The translations under genes and the position numbers were made by a program. The notes below the pieces were generated by a model. The model was not told the origin of the DNA, searched no databases, and saw only the letters and a list, made by a program, of their open reading frames with translations. This document shows, piece by piece, positions 36,830 through 37,889 of a stretch of DNA of 37,889 nucleotides (position 1 is its first letter; each line of letters opens with the position of its first letter). The stretch is from the IMG/VR virus record IMGVR_UViG_3300033076_000254, positions 1 through 37,889 of that record. One strand, given 5' to 3'. Source of the stretch: a virus (lineage: Duplodnaviria; Caudoviricetes).

Positions 36830-36862
36830 AAAAAAAGGAGAGTGTCTTTGAAGACACCCTCC
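36830..36862 (-). terminator. Capsid-gene terminator containing conserved hairpin copy 6 (core 36842-36857)
   Basis: Minus strand reads GGAGG-GTGTCTTCAAAGACAC-TCTCC-TTTTTTT. Confidence 0.85.
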
Positions 36863-36881
36863 CATAGATTTTCTTCCTTTA

Positions 36882-37889
36882 TTAACCGTAACGGAATAAT
36901 ACGAAGTTGTTTGCACCTAAAGTACATACGCAACGCTCAGAAAGGAAGTTAACCTCCATTGCATCCAAGTCGCTTGTTGCAGCACCTCCGGCAGAACCTG
37001 TAATCCAAGTTTTGTATCTGCGGTCTTCAGCCTCAGAAGCACGGTATCTCACGTGTAAGAAAGGACGCTTAGCGTTCTTGCCCATGATTTGGTCGTACAC
37101 TGAAGTAGAACCTGCAGGAACCATCAAACCTGTGATAGTACCGGTTGCAGTTGACGCAGTAGTATTTAAACCACCACGCATTGTTGGGTCGTTTAAGTAT
37201 TTCCAATCAGACTTGTAGAAGTCATAACCTCTACGGAATCCTGTGAAACCTAAGTTTAACGCCATGTCAACATCGTTGTCGAACAAACCGAATGATGCTG
37301 ACTGAGCAACACCACCTGAAGTGTATCCGTTCAATGTAGCTAACATATTGTCGATGTCGAAGCTCAAGCCACGATTTACGAACACAACGTTCTCTTCGAT
37401 AGCTCCTTGCTTATCTAAACGAGAAACAATAGAATCCCAATCAGATAAAGTTGTTGGAGTACCACCGCCCCAAACGTTACCACGGCTGTTTACTACGTAG
37501 AAGATACCTTCAGAACCCATGTATCCTGCAGTTGCAGCACCTGAAGAAGATGCAGCAGGAACTGCTTCAATCATTGCAGTCTCTAAGTAATCTTCGAAAC
37601 GTAAACGAGTCTCGTGCTCAGACTTTAAATACCAAAGGTATCCTGTAGCACCGTTCTCAGTAGTTACTTCTACCCAACCGATTTGAGCCATGTCAGAACC
37701 GTTAACCGCATACTTATCTTTGATGATAATTGGGTTGTTGCTGTAGATGTCATCTTCTGATTCTAATGAACCAACCATTCCGTTAGTTCCTTTCTTGAAC
37801 TCAGAACCGTAAATGAATACAGTACATTGAGTAGAAACTGCGAATGCTTGACCTGCAGTCTCATAGTAAGCTACTGTGAAAGTAGTTGC
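36882..37889 (-). CDS. Major capsid protein, C-terminal part (5' end outside window)
   Basis: Frame is open to the window edge (ATTFTVAYYE...FIYGSEFKKGTNGMVG). Followed by a strong terminator, first in the structural arm, and ends FLSERCVCTLGANNFVLF. Confidence 0.75.
   Translation of the reverse strand, partial: ATTFTVAYYETAGQAFAVSTQCTVFIYGSEFKKGTNGMVGSLESEDDIYSNNPIIIKDKYAVNGSDMAQIGWVEVTTENGATGYLWYLKSEHETRLRFEDYLETAMIEAVPAASSSGAATAGYMGSEGIFYVVNSRGNVWGGGTPTTLSDWDSIVSRLDKQGAIEENVVFVNRGLSFDIDNMLATLNGYTSGGVAQSASFGLFDNDVDMALNLGFTGFRRGYDFYKSDWKYLNDPTMRGGLNTTASTATGTITGLMVPAGSTSVYDQIMGKNAKRPFLHVRYRASEAEDRRYKTWITGSAGGAATSDLDAMEVNFLSERCVCTLGANNFVLFRYG

Noticed and set aside
17493-37648. Numerous plus-strand ORFs of 60-135 aa in the structural arm
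   Set aside because: Antisense shadows of long minus-strand virion genes.
1779-37889. Stop-codon reassignment as in some crAss-like phages
   Set aside because: Genes are long and tightly packed under the standard code, and TAA, TAG and TGA all serve as stops.

Overview
This is a ~38 kb piece of a tailed dsDNA phage genome with a podovirus-type tail and ejection module. The host is most likely a Bacteroidota member, based on repeated TAnnTTTG -7 promoter boxes, A-rich Shine-Dalgarno-less start contexts and a VirE-N primase. The left edge carries the 5' part of a phage groEL (minus strand), followed by a non-coding region with an origin-like element and short repeats (~460-1780). A plus-strand early/replication arm (1779-17365) encodes an amidoligase, a GATase-GGCT fusion, many small proteins, a Sak-like annealase, an exonuclease, a putative SSB, a primase-helicase, an SNF2-like helicase, VRR-NUC and two DnaA-domain-IV-like proteins. 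A minus-strand virion arm (17362-37889) runs from the major capsid protein through ring/adaptor proteins, a tail stabilization protein and a GNAT-like protein to three ejection proteins, one of 2438 aa. The most striking observation is an RNA-level system. Three complete type III hammerhead ribozymes sit between early genes (3318-3368, 4185-4234, 5994-6046). Each lies directly after one conserved 16-nt palindrome/hairpin, GTGTCT-TYAA-AGACAC. The same hairpin also precedes an anticodon-less tRNA-like RNA (10169-10260) and forms the core of the capsid-gene terminator, so five of its six copies sit just upstream of a predicted RNA 3' end. All protein calls come from motif recognition by eye; no database searches were run.
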